From contig NC_068992.1 in the NCBI RefSeq assembly GCF_001194135.2, positions 64,668,635-64,732,634 on the forward strand: DNA of 64,000 nt. Direction: 5' to 3'. The first letter of the stretch is position 1, and every line of letters begins with the position of its first letter. This DNA comes from Octopus bimaculoides (lineage: Eukaryota). Made by a program: the position numbers and the translations under genes. The notes under the pieces are model-generated. The model did no database searches. It saw nothing but the letters and a program-made list of their open reading frames with translations, and was not told where the DNA came from. Shown piece by piece: positions 1 through 13,455 of the stretch.

Positions 1-642
1 ACTACCAGCTCACGAACTGCATCTGAAAGTTGGCATGCCAATTATGCTGCTAAGGAATTTAGATGCTCCAATAATGTGCAATGGTATGTGGATGATTATC
101 AAAAAATTGTGCTCCCGAGTTCTGTAGGCAACACTCTTGAATGAACCGGCCACTGGCTAAGACATACTTATAACTCCCATGTCCTTTACCCACTCCAATA
201 CAACCTACAAGTTTAAACAGATGCAATTTCCCATTAAACTGCTTTCCCATGACAATCAACAAGGCGCAGGGACAATCAGGGCAAGTGGTTGGTTTGAATC
301 TGACAGATCAAGTATTCTCACACGCACAACTGTATGTTGGCTGTCTCCAGGGTCTTTCTATTTGTGCACCTGAGGAAAGGACAAAGAATGTTGTCTACCA
401 AGAGGCACTCTAATGATAACGACGACAACTTCAACTGCTCTAATTTCAACTCCGCAATTTTTTCATCGTCCTGCCAGCCCACGTAAGTCCAGTCTTGCTT
501 TGCTCTCCTTACTAACTCACCATGACATTCTTTTTTTTCTACCAAGATCCGTCACCCAAACACCACTTCTTCCTCTTTTTAATGTCTTTGTTTATCTCTT
601 CGCATCACTCTCTGACCGGGTGAAACCGGGCTTAGCTGCTAT
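1..642 (+). mobile_element. Degenerate Helitron 3' end: C-terminal PIF1-like helicase remnant plus subterminal hairpin
   Basis: Reads LPAHELHLKVGMPIMLLRNLD...FKQMQFPI/MTINKAQGQSGQVVGLNL...VFSHAQLYV...KNVVYQEAL* (stop 411-413) with internal stops and a frameshift, matching RepHel helicase motifs. CCGGGTGAAACCGGG...GCTAT at 616-642 resembles the Helitron hairpin plus CTAG end. Confidence 0.8.
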
Positions 643-862
643 ATTTTCGCTATTCTTAAATGGCTTACAAACATCTTCCACGCTGCAATTGTATATGTAT
701 GTATATAATTATTAAATTTAATTGGTGAATATGTTAACCTCGTGAAGGGATGGTTGCATCCAAGGGAATACTGGTACAATACCTAGTATTTTGGGGGAAT
801 GCAATTCCCTTAAAACAATAAGTATATATTAAGTATATAGTTTATGTCTATTTAAAAAAAAA

Positions 863-945
863 GATAACAGTTGTTTCAATTCCAGACCTTCAGAAAATTA
901 ATTAATCAAATTAAAAATTATTTGCAATTCGAATCTCTTCAGAGG
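863..945 (-). ncRNA. Degenerate minimal type I hammerhead-like motif (probably Penelope-derived relic)
   Basis: Minus strand: CTGAAGA-GATTC...GAATT-GAAAC-AACT-GTT; stem I not preserved. Confidence 0.35.
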
Positions 946-1406
946 TAGTTAAAGATATACAAAATAGGCATTAAATTCCTGCATGTTGAGTAAACGGCTG
1001 CAAACCATTAAGATATTCCATATGCATATGTAAGAATATATGTGTGTGTGTAAATGAATTTAATAAATTGTTTTATAGGACAAACTTATTTAAGTTGTCA
1101 GTTTTAATATAAAACTTAACTTCTGATGTGTAGACAACCTGCCTTTGCTAAAGTAACTTAGAATTTCTTTGGGAGCCAAGGAACAATGGATTGCCATCTA
1201 GGCATTCACAACCACAAATGTAAATTGGTGTTGATAAGAAATCATGGACAACCACCAACTGGAATGTGGAGACATGGGTTGCAATTATATAAACTTAGGA
1301 GGATGACGGGCGAGTAGACAATGCATCCAAGCACATACATACATATCTATCTATATCAGAAAATGAGACAACAATGTAATTAAAAATTATCTTCTGAACT
1401 TCATTA

Positions 1407-1484
1407 CCTTACAGCTGTTTCTGCTATTAGATGCAGTGTACTCATAGATGAGTGCTGAGTAACACGTTATAGCTTCATCAGAGT
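1407..1484 (-). ncRNA. Degenerate minimal type I hammerhead-like motif
   Basis: Minus strand: CTGATGA-A-GCTAT...ATAGC-A-GAAAC-AGCT-GTA with palindromic stem III loop; first stem II pair mismatched. Confidence 0.45.
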
Positions 1485-1567
1485 CTGAGGCTCCAACAGA
1501 GCTTAAAGGTGTTACTTAGCGAATGAAGTTCATAAAATAAGTGCTTATTCTTTTGTTATTTCATTTT

Positions 1568-2373
1568 CTTATTATTGCTCTGTACTCAACTAACATTTCA
1601 TTCTGAAGCATACATATATTGCCCACTGCTAGTAGGAAAACCTGTAATTGTCAGGTCTCTCAACTATGTCTGTTGCATGGTTTTTGTTTATGATAAAATG
1701 TTATATATAGATGCCGAGTAGTAAACCCTCGTTCCCACCAGGTTAGGGTCTATATTGGCGACACTGTTGCTTTCAAGTGTCACTACTGCACTCACGTGTT
1801 TATTCTCAAATGGAGCTTCTAAACTTTCTATCTCCCTAACTGCATACACCACCTCAAATCCCAGAATATTCTCTGTACCATAAGGGGCTTTCCTGTACAA
1901 TACTAACCCCATATTTGTAAGCTGTATTGCAGGGAATCACTCGCAATCCTTTGCCATCATAATACCTCATTACTCAATAGGTTCTCTGACATTATCTTCT
2001 CATGTAAGCATAAATTTTATTCTGCTTTTGTCCATGTCCATTACGTAAAGCTTTTATGGTCTCTCCTAGTTGTGATTAAGCCCTTACTTATTACTTAGTC
2101 ATGCCAGCAGCATTTTATTTCTCTATTCTCCCTATCTCAACATCTCTTCCTCTTCTGCTACTCCCACTCCTATTATTTACCTCTTCCTCTCTCTCTGTGT
2201 ATAGCTAGCTACCATCCCTAATTGATTCAAAGTCTGCTTACTGAGATTCTCAGACCACCAGTGGTGCTCCCTTATCTCTATTTCATCCCTACTACCTCTT
2301 TTCATTCCTACTAGCAGTGGGCAATATATGTATGCCTCACAACCGAAGTGCTAGTTGAGTACAGAGCAATAAG
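1568..2373. repeat. Inverted repeat with ~70-bp arms and ~670-bp spacer
   Basis: 1608-1638 is the exact reverse complement of 2305-2335 (31 bp); similarity extends imperfectly to 1568 and 2373. Confidence 0.85.
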
Positions 2374-3290
2374 AAATCCCCACTCCCTGCTGTTCCTCCT
2401 TCCTATGCCATTTATATTCTCCTCCTTCTCCCTCCATTTGTTCTTATTATTCCTCCTCCCTCTCTCCTTCAACCTTTAAATCTCTGGCACTACTGTATGA
2501 ACTGCACTTGCCAACTTTCTCTTGATGAAGGTGGTCAGTGTTATGGTAGTATCGCTGGGTGGTGGTTTACTAGTTGCATACCCAAGACATTTTGTACATT
2601 CCTTCAGCATATGCCCCCATACTACTACTACTACTACTACTACTATCACTTGATACACAAAGCAAATAAAGGATTAGTACATACAGTCTCATAGTAATGA
2701 GAGTTAAGAAATGAAATTGCATAATTTAAAGAATTTGTAGCAAGACTCAAAACTGAGTGGCCTGAGTTATTGACCAATCAGCAGCCAGACTTCATGTGAT
2801 AGATCATTCAAGATCCTTCTGGAACACTGTGCTACAAGGGTTACATAAAGCCTTGTTTTTAACATCAGCTTTCAGTGTGTGGCAACCCACAGTCTAACTT
2901 CATACACTCTTATCATTTATGATAGTTGTTTCTACAACTTCTGCTCAACCTGAACATGTCGTTATAGTTGACCGATATGACTCTAATGTGTATATTTTCT
3001 CCTGTCATGGAAAGTTTCTGCACAGAAATTTTGCAATTAAGTATTTATGAATGATGCAGAGTTATTCTTTAAATTATGTTGAATTGTGGAAACTTTCTAA
3101 TTCGTGACCAACCTGAAAATCACTTGTGTGGTGAAATAGAAGTTATTATTAAATGTTTACATAATGTTGTTATATCATACACACCCAGTCTCACATGCAT
3201 ACCATCAAAGAAAAGCAAATTAAAACCCAATAAATGAACCAATTCTCAATCAGGAATAAAAATAAATAACAAACAAACTGTGTTTGATAT

Positions 3291-3296
3291 TTTATT
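3291..3296 (-). promoter_or_regulatory. Candidate polyadenylation signal of TPI
   Basis: AATAAA on the minus strand about 250 nt past the TPI stop codon. Confidence 0.4.
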
Positions 3297-3543
3297 TTCG
3301 AGATAAATAATTTAACTGACTCAACCTTTTCAGGAATATATGAAAACTTTGCTAAAAAAAAAATTGAGTGAATTGAAAGAAAAAAAAGATTAGAGATGGA
3401 AAGTTTTCATTGTGTATTTACTGTAACTTGGGTGAACAGAGCAATTTTACTTTCTAGAATTATTTCATAAACATCAGTAGAGGATTAGAGATCAAGAGAG
3501 ATTAATGATTAACAGTCAACAAATTACACTCAGTCACTCCTCT

Positions 3544-3915
<372 letters not shown>

Positions 3916-4477
3916 ATATGAATTATACAGTCAACAGAAGAGGGATGTCTACGTTTTTTTTTGTAGGGCCCTCACAGACAGATAAAATTTTCGCAGCTGA
4001 GAAATAGGGTGTGTGTGAGTTTTGTTTGTTTTATGTCCGTTTTCCAAGAAAACAAGATCTTAGATGAATTATTACTGCAACCAAATGCCTTTCCTATTGC
4101 TAAACCTGTTTTACATGTAAGAGAGTTTACATCTCACTTGCCTTTGAAAGTGCAAAAGCTACTGGACAACTTCTTGATAGTGAGGTTCCAGACAGTTTCT
4201 GTAGACCAAATTCATTCAGAAGGCAAATGCCAACCCATGATAGGAATGCTAAACATTTACTGAAGGAGGGCATCGCAGTGTATTGTATATGTATAAATGT
4301 ATGCACACACACACACACAGATATATATATATATATATATATATATGGTTTGAATATTGAGAAAATTATATTTTATTCAATATCAATTCTCAGTGGTATA
4401 GTGGTCAAGTCCTCTTGTTTGTCACATGGCAGACTGGGGGTTTGATTCCTTGTCAAAAGAAGTTCTTCATTTATAGG

Positions 4478-4900
4478 CATAGGCATGGCTGTATGGTTAA
4501 GAAGTCTGCTTCCCAACCACATGGTTTCAGGTTCAGTCCCACTACAGAACACCTTGGGCAAGTGTTTTCTACTATAACCTTGAACAGACAAAAACCTTGT
4601 GAGCAGATCTGATAGATTGGAATTGTGAAAAGCCCAGATATATGCGTGTGTATATGTGAGAGAGAGACAGAGAGAACTTGAGTACATTTGTGTCTCCTTG
4701 TCTTGACACAGAATGATATTTGTAAATGAGCATCACCAACATACAAGCAGTGTCATTCATTTCTGATATACTGCAAAACATGTCTGGTTATAGGGAAATA
4801 TTATACTACTTTGAAACAGGTGAGGGTTGCCAACAGGAAGGGCAGCTGGCTGTAGAAAATCTGCTTCAATAGACTTCAGCAAGTACAGAAAAGTAGGCAC
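4478..4900 (+). mobile_element. tRNA-derived SINE, family B with extended 3' part
   Basis: GGCATGGCTGTATGGTTAAGAAG A-box-like head, GGTTCAGTCCC B-box-like motif, degenerate RTE-like tail. Confidence 0.7.
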
Positions 4901-5399
4901 TAAAATGATAACAATGATTTTTCTCTAATTGTAGCAAAATGCCTTGGAAAATGATTCAGAACATAAAGGGCCTTCTTTGGCCCTTTATGCTCTGTGTGGC
5001 ACCTTAGGTAAGTGTCTTCTGCTACAGCTTTCAACTGGCCATTGGCTTCTGTGTGAATTTGTTGGACAACAGAAAATGTACAAAACCTTTGCATATTCGT
5101 GTGTGTGTGATTTGTTGATATTTCCCTGTCAACATCTGAACTTGATTGATTTAATTGCCTGATATTTATGTCTCTTAAGATTCTTCCAGCAAGAAACTAT
5201 GAGTGTGGCTTGTGCTTCAAGGGCAGATGAAGGTTTAAAAACCTTTAATGACCACAGCATTTCTGTGGGAAATCATAAGTCTAAGTATTATTAACTTCAA
5301 TAGATTCTGAAGCAAGCTGACATGAAAAAAAAAAAATGAAAAACGTCACCATGTTTAATATCAGGCACTTAAAGAAATTCTTCATTAGTAAAAAGTGAC

Positions 5400-6515
5400 T
5401 TAAGGCAACAAGTTGGCAGAGTTGTTAGCATTTCAATCAAAATGCCAAACAGCATATTCTTCTGGTCTTAAGTTCTGGGTTCAAATGTTGCTGAGATTGA
5501 CTTAGCTTTTCATCCTTTTGGGGCTGATAAATAAGTATCAGTTGAGTAATGGGGGTTGAGGCAATTAACTAACTCCCTTCTAAATTTTAGTCCTTTGCTT
5601 ATTGTAGATAGGATTAATATTATTATACAATTGTTCAACATTTGACAGTTTGAGGCAAATTTCTACTGCATCACCAGCTACACCTCCATGTTGCTGGGTG
5701 TGTGCTCCTTTCTGTTGTTGGGAGTGTGCAAACACTTCTTCCCAATATTGTGTTGTGTTAGTTATTTTTCTCTCTCTTGAGGTGTGGTGCCATCTTTTGT
5801 TGTATCACTGTTTGTATTGTGTGTTGTTTAATGTGTTGGTTATTATTATCACTAGTAGTAGTAGTAGTAGTGGTGGTGGTGGTAGTAGTGGTGGTGGCAG
5901 TAGTAGGGTAGCAAGCTGGATAAAATGCTTGGCGGTATTTTGCCCATCGCTACATTCTGAGTTCAAAGTTATATATCATTCTTTTGGGGTTGATAAAATA
6001 AGTACCAGTTGAACACTGGGGTTGATGTAATTGACTCACCCCCTCTCTCAAAATTGTTGCCCTTGTGGCAAAATTTTAAATAATCATCATCATTTTTATT
6101 ATCAAGGAAGGTTGTAAGCTAGCAGAAACATCAGCATGTTAGACAAAATGCTGAATAGCATTTCGTGTGTCTAAGTTCTGGGTTCAAATCCCACCGAGGT
6201 CAACTTTATTTTCACCCTTTGAGAGTTGACAAAGTACATACCAGCCAAGTACTTGACTTACTCACCTCCCAATAAAAATTGTTGGCCTTGAACCCAAAAG
6301 TCTGAAACCATTATTAAAAGCTGGCACAATTGTTAGCATGCTTAATGGCATTTCCCTTTGGCTTTACATTCTAAGTTTGAATTCCACTGAGGTTGACTTT
6401 GCCTTTCATCCTTTGAAGTTTGAGGAAATAAGTACCAGTTGAATACTGGGGTTGATGTAATTGACTATGCTCCTCCCACAAAATTTCAGGTCTTGTGGTA
6501 ATGACAGAAAGGATT
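5400..6515 (+). mobile_element. Cluster of four co-oriented tRNA-derived SINEs, family A
   Basis: Four copies of ...GTTCAAAT...GACTTTGCCTTTCATCC...ATAAGTACCAGTTGA...GGGGTTGATGTAATTGACT at about 5405, 5905, 6110 and 6320. Confidence 0.8.
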
Positions 6516-6525
6516 ATTTAAGTCA

Positions 6526-6729
<204 letters not shown>

Positions 6730-6773
6730 TCAAAATCTTCAAATCATCAAAAAAATATCAAAGACTAATTACT

Positions 6774-7100
6774 ATCATCATCATCATCGTTTAACGTCCG
6801 CTTTCCATGCTAGCATGGGTTGGACGATTTGACTGAGGACGGGTGAACCAGATGGTTACACCAGGCTCCAATCTGATTTGGCAGTTTCTACAGCTGGATG
6901 CCCTTCCTAACGCCAACCACTCAGAGTGTAGTGGGTGCTTTTATGTGCCACCGGCACGAAGGCCAGTCACACGGTACTGGCAGCAGCCACGCTCATAATG
7001 GTGTTTTTTACGTGCCACCTGCACAGGAGCCAGTCCAGCGGCACTGGCAACGACCTCACTTGAATGATTTTCTAATGTGCCACCAGCACAAGTGCCGGCT
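6774..7100 (-). mobile_element. RTE retrotransposon 3' end fragment
   Basis: (CAT)n-CGTTTAACGTCCGCTTTCCATGCTAGCATGGGTTGGACG, the same 3' end as the ORF2-bearing copies at 29319 and 43950. Confidence 0.85.
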
Positions 7101-7329
7101 ATGTCTTTATAATTACTTTTAGACAGTTCTTAATTAGACAATATTTCTGAAGAATGTATTAATATTTAAATTTTTTAACTCATCAAAACTAGGAATCTAA
7201 ACAGAGTGTAATAATCAGTTATAATAGAATTGTTGCTACTATTCATAGCAACAATATTATTAGAAGTAGGCATTCAAGACACAGTGAGGTAACTGATAGT
7301 AAAGCATCCACTGCCTCGATGAAAGGACA

Positions 7330-7650
7330 GCTATATACACAAAAGTGTTTCAGTGAAGAACAGGTTACACAAAAGTATGATAGGAAAGACAGATATACAC
7401 ACAAATGTGTTGGAAAGGAAAGGCTTGCATACAAAAACTGGGGAGGAAAGGCTTGCATACAAAAACTGGGGAGGAAAGGTTTACATACAAGATTGTCAAG
7501 GAAGGACAGCTATACAACAGTGTGTTGGGCTTACACATGAGTGTCTTGGGGAAGGACAGATATACACAGTCAGTGTGTTGGGAAGGAGAGGCTTACACAC
7601 AAGTGTGTTGGGAAAGACAGGTTTATACTTAAGTGTGTTATGCAAGGACA
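7330..7650. repeat. Degenerate minisatellite, ~29-31-bp unit, about 10 copies
   Basis: Units such as TGCATACAAAAACTGGGGAGGAAAGGCT and TACACACAAGTGTGTTGGGAAAGACAGG in tandem. Confidence 0.75.
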
Positions 7651-8254
7651 AACAGACTCTAATGCAGAAAATATTTTCTTTAAAAAAGTAAATTTTGCTT
7701 AAGACAGGGAATGTAATTTCTATCTTAAGAAATTATATCAACCATTTTCTTTTAACAGTACTAAATATTTATTTTCCTAGAAAAATCTTTTATATTGTCC
7801 TTATGAAATCCATTTTATTCTACAATTTATGGGCTGGAATATTTTCTACACGTTTGTTTATGTATTGTTGGTGCAAGAATTTAACAACTTGGTGGGTGGG
7901 GGTAACAAAGCAGTACTTATTTACAGCTGAGCTGTAAACTGGAAACCATCATAATCAACACCATTTAATGTCCACTGGTCAATACTTGCATGAATCAAGA
8001 CAGAATTTGTTGAGGCAGATTTATTTCGTATAGTTGACTGCCTTTCTTGTCATTAACTCTCACCTGTTCGTTTCCAACAAAAGTAATATTTCTGGCATAG
8101 CCAGACAAGATTCCATAGAAGATTGGAAATGAGTGACACTGCTCATATGACAGTGATGCTTGTTTACAACCATCATTTAATGTCCAGGCAAAGAGACACA
8201 CAAACACACACAACATATGCATGCATGTGTGTGTGTGTATGTATTTATGATGGG

Positions 8255-8405
8255 CTTCTTTCAATTTCCATCAACCAAATCCACTCAAGGCTTTGACTGG
8301 TCTGGGGCTATAGTAAAAAACATTTACTCAAGGTGTTATGCAGTGGACTGAACCCAAGACCACATGGTTGGGAAGCATGCTTAACCATTTAGCCATGCTG
8401 GCACC
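8255..8405 (-). mobile_element. tRNA-derived SINE, family B
   Basis: GGGCTTCTTTCAATTTCCATC...GGACTGAACCC...AGCCATGC, reverse complement of the family B head. Confidence 0.75.
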
Positions 8406-8520
8406 TATGATAGGAAATGTGTAATAATAAACATCCAGGGAGAACACTGGTACAATGGCTCAAGTGGGATTTGAACTCACAACTATGTGATGACTAGTCA
8501 ATTCAGAAACCAATATCTCA

Positions 8521-8682
<162 letters not shown>

Positions 8683-9659
8683 TCATTTCTTGCTCACAAT
8701 GGTGACCATCATATAATTAAAACAGATTCATAGAGATGGTTTAAGATACAACTTCACCTTTTTTTCAATACCAACCAGCCTAAGTTCACCCATGGTTCAA
8801 TGATAAAAAACGTCCTGTTTAACTCTTTTCATACTAACCTGCCTGAAATTGTCCTTCTAGCTACGATACAAACTTTGTTTTAAAGTGATCTAAATTAAAA
8901 CTTTCCATCAAAATTTCATGTTCGTTTATGTTTTGAATGCTAACTTAATAATGACAAAGCCACTAAGTTCTTTGGAAATATAATAAGAAATGGTTTAACC
9001 CTTTAGTGTTCACATTATTCTGCCAAAATTAATGCCATTTTATTCATATTGTTTTGAACTAATCATGCATTATCTTTTGGCTATGAGATCTTGACGAGAT
9101 AAGTTTTATAATTTTTAGAATGATATTGCAGGGTTGGTGTGAGAGACCAGATCTGGCCAGGTTGAACATAAAACAAGCAGGATACTTTGGCCGGATATGG
9201 CCAGTTTAAATATTATATGACTATCAGTTTGAGTGTCCAGTAACTCAACTGAACCCTCAACTAGTTCTATGACACAAACTTCCTGTTTGAGAACACTCAA
9301 AATCAAACCCTTCCGTTAATTTGTTTGGAATACCAACTTAATAATGACAAAGTCATTTTACTAAATTCTTTGTTATTTTCAAAATTAATTGAAACAGAAG
9401 TAGTGTATTTCAACAGAAATATGGTAACAAAAGAGTGAACTGCTCTAAGTTTTGGAGCACTGGACAAAATGCCCTGCAGTATTTGTTCCAGCTCTTTGCA
9501 TTCTGAATTCAAATCCAACTAAAGTGAATTCCATCTTCCCACATTTCAGCACTGATAACAAAAGCACCAGAGTCTTGGATTGATGAAAATGTTAAGTGTT
9601 GAGTAAAATACTTTGCAGTCTTTAAGACCACTATAATATCTACTTACTAACTAACTAGC

Positions 9660-9900
9660 ATAGGAGTGGCTGTGTGGTAAGTAGCTTGCTTACCAACCAC
9701 TTGGTTCTGGGTTCAGTCCTACTGCATGGCACCTTGGGCAAGTGTCTTCTACTATAGCCTCAGGCCAACCAAAGCCCTGTGAGTGGATTTGGTAGATGGA
9801 AACTGAAAGAAGCCTGTTGTATATATGTGTGTATATGTTTGTGTGCCTGTGTTTGGAGGTCAGTAAAATAAAGAACCAGTCAAATGCTGGAATGGATGGC
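9660..9900 (+). mobile_element. tRNA-derived SINE, family B
   Basis: GGCTGTGTGGTAAGTAGCTTGC...GGTTCAGTCCTACTG...GGAAACTGAAAGAAGCC. Confidence 0.8.
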
Positions 9901-10525
9901 ATCGACTAAACCCCACCCCTCAACACTGCTATCTTGTCCTAAAATCAGGAGAGTGTGGGGGTGCAGAAATGGTAGGCGAGGGTGTCTTGCTAATAGCTTT
10001 GGTGAGGGCCTGCTATTTGTCAGTCAGAGACATGCTAATCTAGAGGATGTTACTGTATTAATAAGCCTGGAAAGTTTGTAGAAATACCACTAAGCATTTC
10101 ACCCAGCATGCTAACATAATAACAATAATAATCCTTTCTACAACAGGCATAAGGCCTGAAATTTGGGGGTAGGGGTTAAATTGATTAGATCAACCCCAGT
10201 ACTATCTGTTGCTGGAATTCATTTACAGCTGAGTGAAGTGGAATAATGTGAAATGTTAGTGTTTTGCACACTAGTCTGGGAATTGAAACTACTATCTTAT
10301 AGTCATGAGTGCAACACACTAACCACCAGAATATGCACCAAGGAAAGAGAAGGGGTGAAAGAGTATTGCCATAAGATTAACTGTTGCAGGATTTTATTTA
10401 ATCTTAATCTTTCTATATAGAAATAATAAGAACAGCATTTAATTAAATAAATGCAAATTAAAGAACAAAGAAAATAACAAATATCAAAGTAATTAATTCA
10501 AATTATACATATATATATATATAAT

Positions 10526-10850
10526 ATCATCATCGTTTAACGTCCGCTTTCCATGCTAGCATGGGTTGGACGATTTGACTGAGGACTGGTAAAACCGGAT
10601 GGCTACACCAGGCTCCAATCTGATTTGGCAGAGTTTCTACAGCTGGATGCCCTTCCTAACGCCAACCACTCTCAGAGTGTAGTGGGTGCTTTTACGTGCC
10701 ACCCGCACGAAAGCCAGTCAGGTGGTACTGGCAACGGCCACGCTCAAATGGTGTATTTTATGTGCCACCCGCACAAGAGCCAGTCCAAGGGCACTGGCAA
10801 CAATCTCGCTCGAAAGTCCATTACACATACCACGGGCACAAGTGCCAATA
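10526..10850 (-). mobile_element. RTE retrotransposon 3' end fragment
   Basis: Same (CAT)n-CGTTTAACGTCCGC end and internal ~65-bp tandem units as 6774-7100. Confidence 0.85.
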
Positions 10851-11080
10851 TATATATATTTCTAAATTTCTAAACAAACCCCAAGGCTGTAAATTACAGA
10901 GAAGAGTGACACACACAAGTCCTTTTTAATAATAACTATAATTATATATTATTTACATAATAATATATGCCCCATTTAGAGTGACTAAGCCTAAACAATT
11001 CAGTCAATAGTTTAGGATTAGTTGCACGAAATGGAGTATATATCATTATGTAAATAATATATAATTATATATATATACTA

Positions 11081-11233
<153 letters not shown>

Positions 11234-11989
11234 TTAATCAATTAACAGTTTTTAATTGATCACACTCACACAATATTTTGTTGGTATTTATTTGTTAAAA
11301 TAAAAAAAATCAATAAAAAGAAACCTGTTACAAGGATGACTTTGTGGTTAACTAACTTGTTTTGTACCTGCAGGTACCTAGATTTGATGCTATAGTGCAC
11401 ATCTTGTGAAAGGAGTGTACAGTAAAGGGGTGCGAGGCTTTATAGAAAGAAACCCTGAGAAAGTGCCTTTTTCTAAAGCCTCACCATGAGCAACATCTTG
11501 TGGGAGTAAATTTGTACAAAGAAACTGCACTGAAGCCTGTTGTATGTAAGTGTGTGTGTGTGTGCGCATACATGCTTTGAGAGTTTCCCCAAAACCTTAT
11601 TTCATCCGTTTTTATCTCTCATTTCAGGACCACCTCATTTACTCCCACCTAACACCACATAATGTAGGGCAGCCACATATCCTTTCAACAACAACAAACC
11701 TATTCCTGTCCCTTCTTTTATGCCTTTACCTCTCAACATTTCTCATAAAGGCACCCCTCTGCTGAGGGGAGCTTTTCAGTCTTGAGTTACATAGAGACTT
11801 TACCAATGCTGGTGCCATGAAAAAAAGCATCCAGTGTATGCTTTAAATTGATTGGTATTGTGAAGGGCATCTAATCATAGAAACCATGCCGAAACTGAAA
11901 GACTGGAGCAAGACATGTTTCTTTGATCTGTTGGATACTGTTCAACAACACAAACCATATTGGCATGGAAGACGATAAAAATCATATAT

Positions 11990-12430
11990 GTGGATGTGTG
12001 ATTAAGAAGCTTGCTTTCCAAGCATGTGGTCTTGAGTTCAGTTCCACTGTGCAGACCTTGGGCAAAGGCCTTCTGTTATAGCCACAGGTCCACCAATGCC
12101 TTGTGAGTGGATATGGTGGACAGAAACTGAAAGAAGCCTGTCATATACATATATATAAATATACATATATGTATATATACATATATGTATGTATGCGTGT
12201 GTGTTTTGATATCAAGAAATGATTGTAAACAAGCATCATCATCATAGAAGAGTGATGCAGTTCATTTCGAGCCTTCTGTTAAAAACATATCCAGTCATGG
12301 GGAAATATTAATTTGCTTGGAAATAGGTGAGGATGGGAGACATGAATAACAACCAGTTCTAGAAAATCTGCCACAACAAATCCTTTCTGACCCTTGCAAG
12401 AATGAAAAAATTGATACAAAAACAATGATC
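11990..12430 (+). mobile_element. tRNA-derived SINE, family B with extended 3' part
   Basis: Family B head followed by the same extension as 4640-4900. Confidence 0.7.
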
Positions 12431-12916
12431 ACAATCATGATACATCATCATCATCATCATCATCGTTTAACGTCTGTATATATCTGTATGGATACACTGT
12501 CTGTGTGTTTATTTTTTCTGTGTGTTCTTTGCACTGATACCATTTGGACAATGGTAATGTTAAGTTTGTCTCTTGTAAACAGTACAGCCTGTAGCTTAGT
12601 GGTTTTCATAGGTTGATTCAAGGTGTGAAAGACCAGTGGAACACATACTTCATTTGAGTCCAGCAATAGAATGATGCCTTAAGTCTCATTCAACCCATAC
12701 AAGCATGGAAAAACTGCTGCTGATGAGGATGAAGATAATGATTATGATGATGAATGATGGATAATGAATGATGATAATAGTGTTGAAATGTGGTTAAAGG
12801 GATTGAATCTGGTAGAATAAATTTTGAGTGTTAATATTTGAAAATTTCCAAATAATGTTGTGGACAATTTTGCAGTTTTTTAAAAAAAGAAGAAATTCTT
12901 GGAAGTTTTAATTCTA

Positions 12917-13168
<252 letters not shown>

Positions 13169-13254
13169 CTACAACAAGACAGCTTAATTTTCCTAATTAT
13201 TTTTTCATTTGAGAGTTTATAGAAAATTTTCCAAAACTTCAAAATTGTATTATA

Positions 13255-13455
13255 TAAAAAGCACCTGTGTTGGTGCCACATAAAAAGCACCTAGTACACT
13301 CTGTAAAGTTGTTGGTGTTAGGAAGGGCATCCGGTTGTAGAAACCACGCCAAACCAGACAATTAGAAGCCTGTGTAGTTCTCCAGCTGGCCAGCCCGTGT
13401 AACACTGTCCAACCCAGGCCAGCATGGAGAATGGACGTTAAACGGTGATGATTTT
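13255..13455 (+). mobile_element. RTE-family 3' end fragment (diverged)
   Basis: ...GTTAGGAAGGGCATCCGG...GTCCAACCCAGGCCAGCATGGAGAATGGACGTTAAACGGTGATGAT. Confidence 0.7.
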
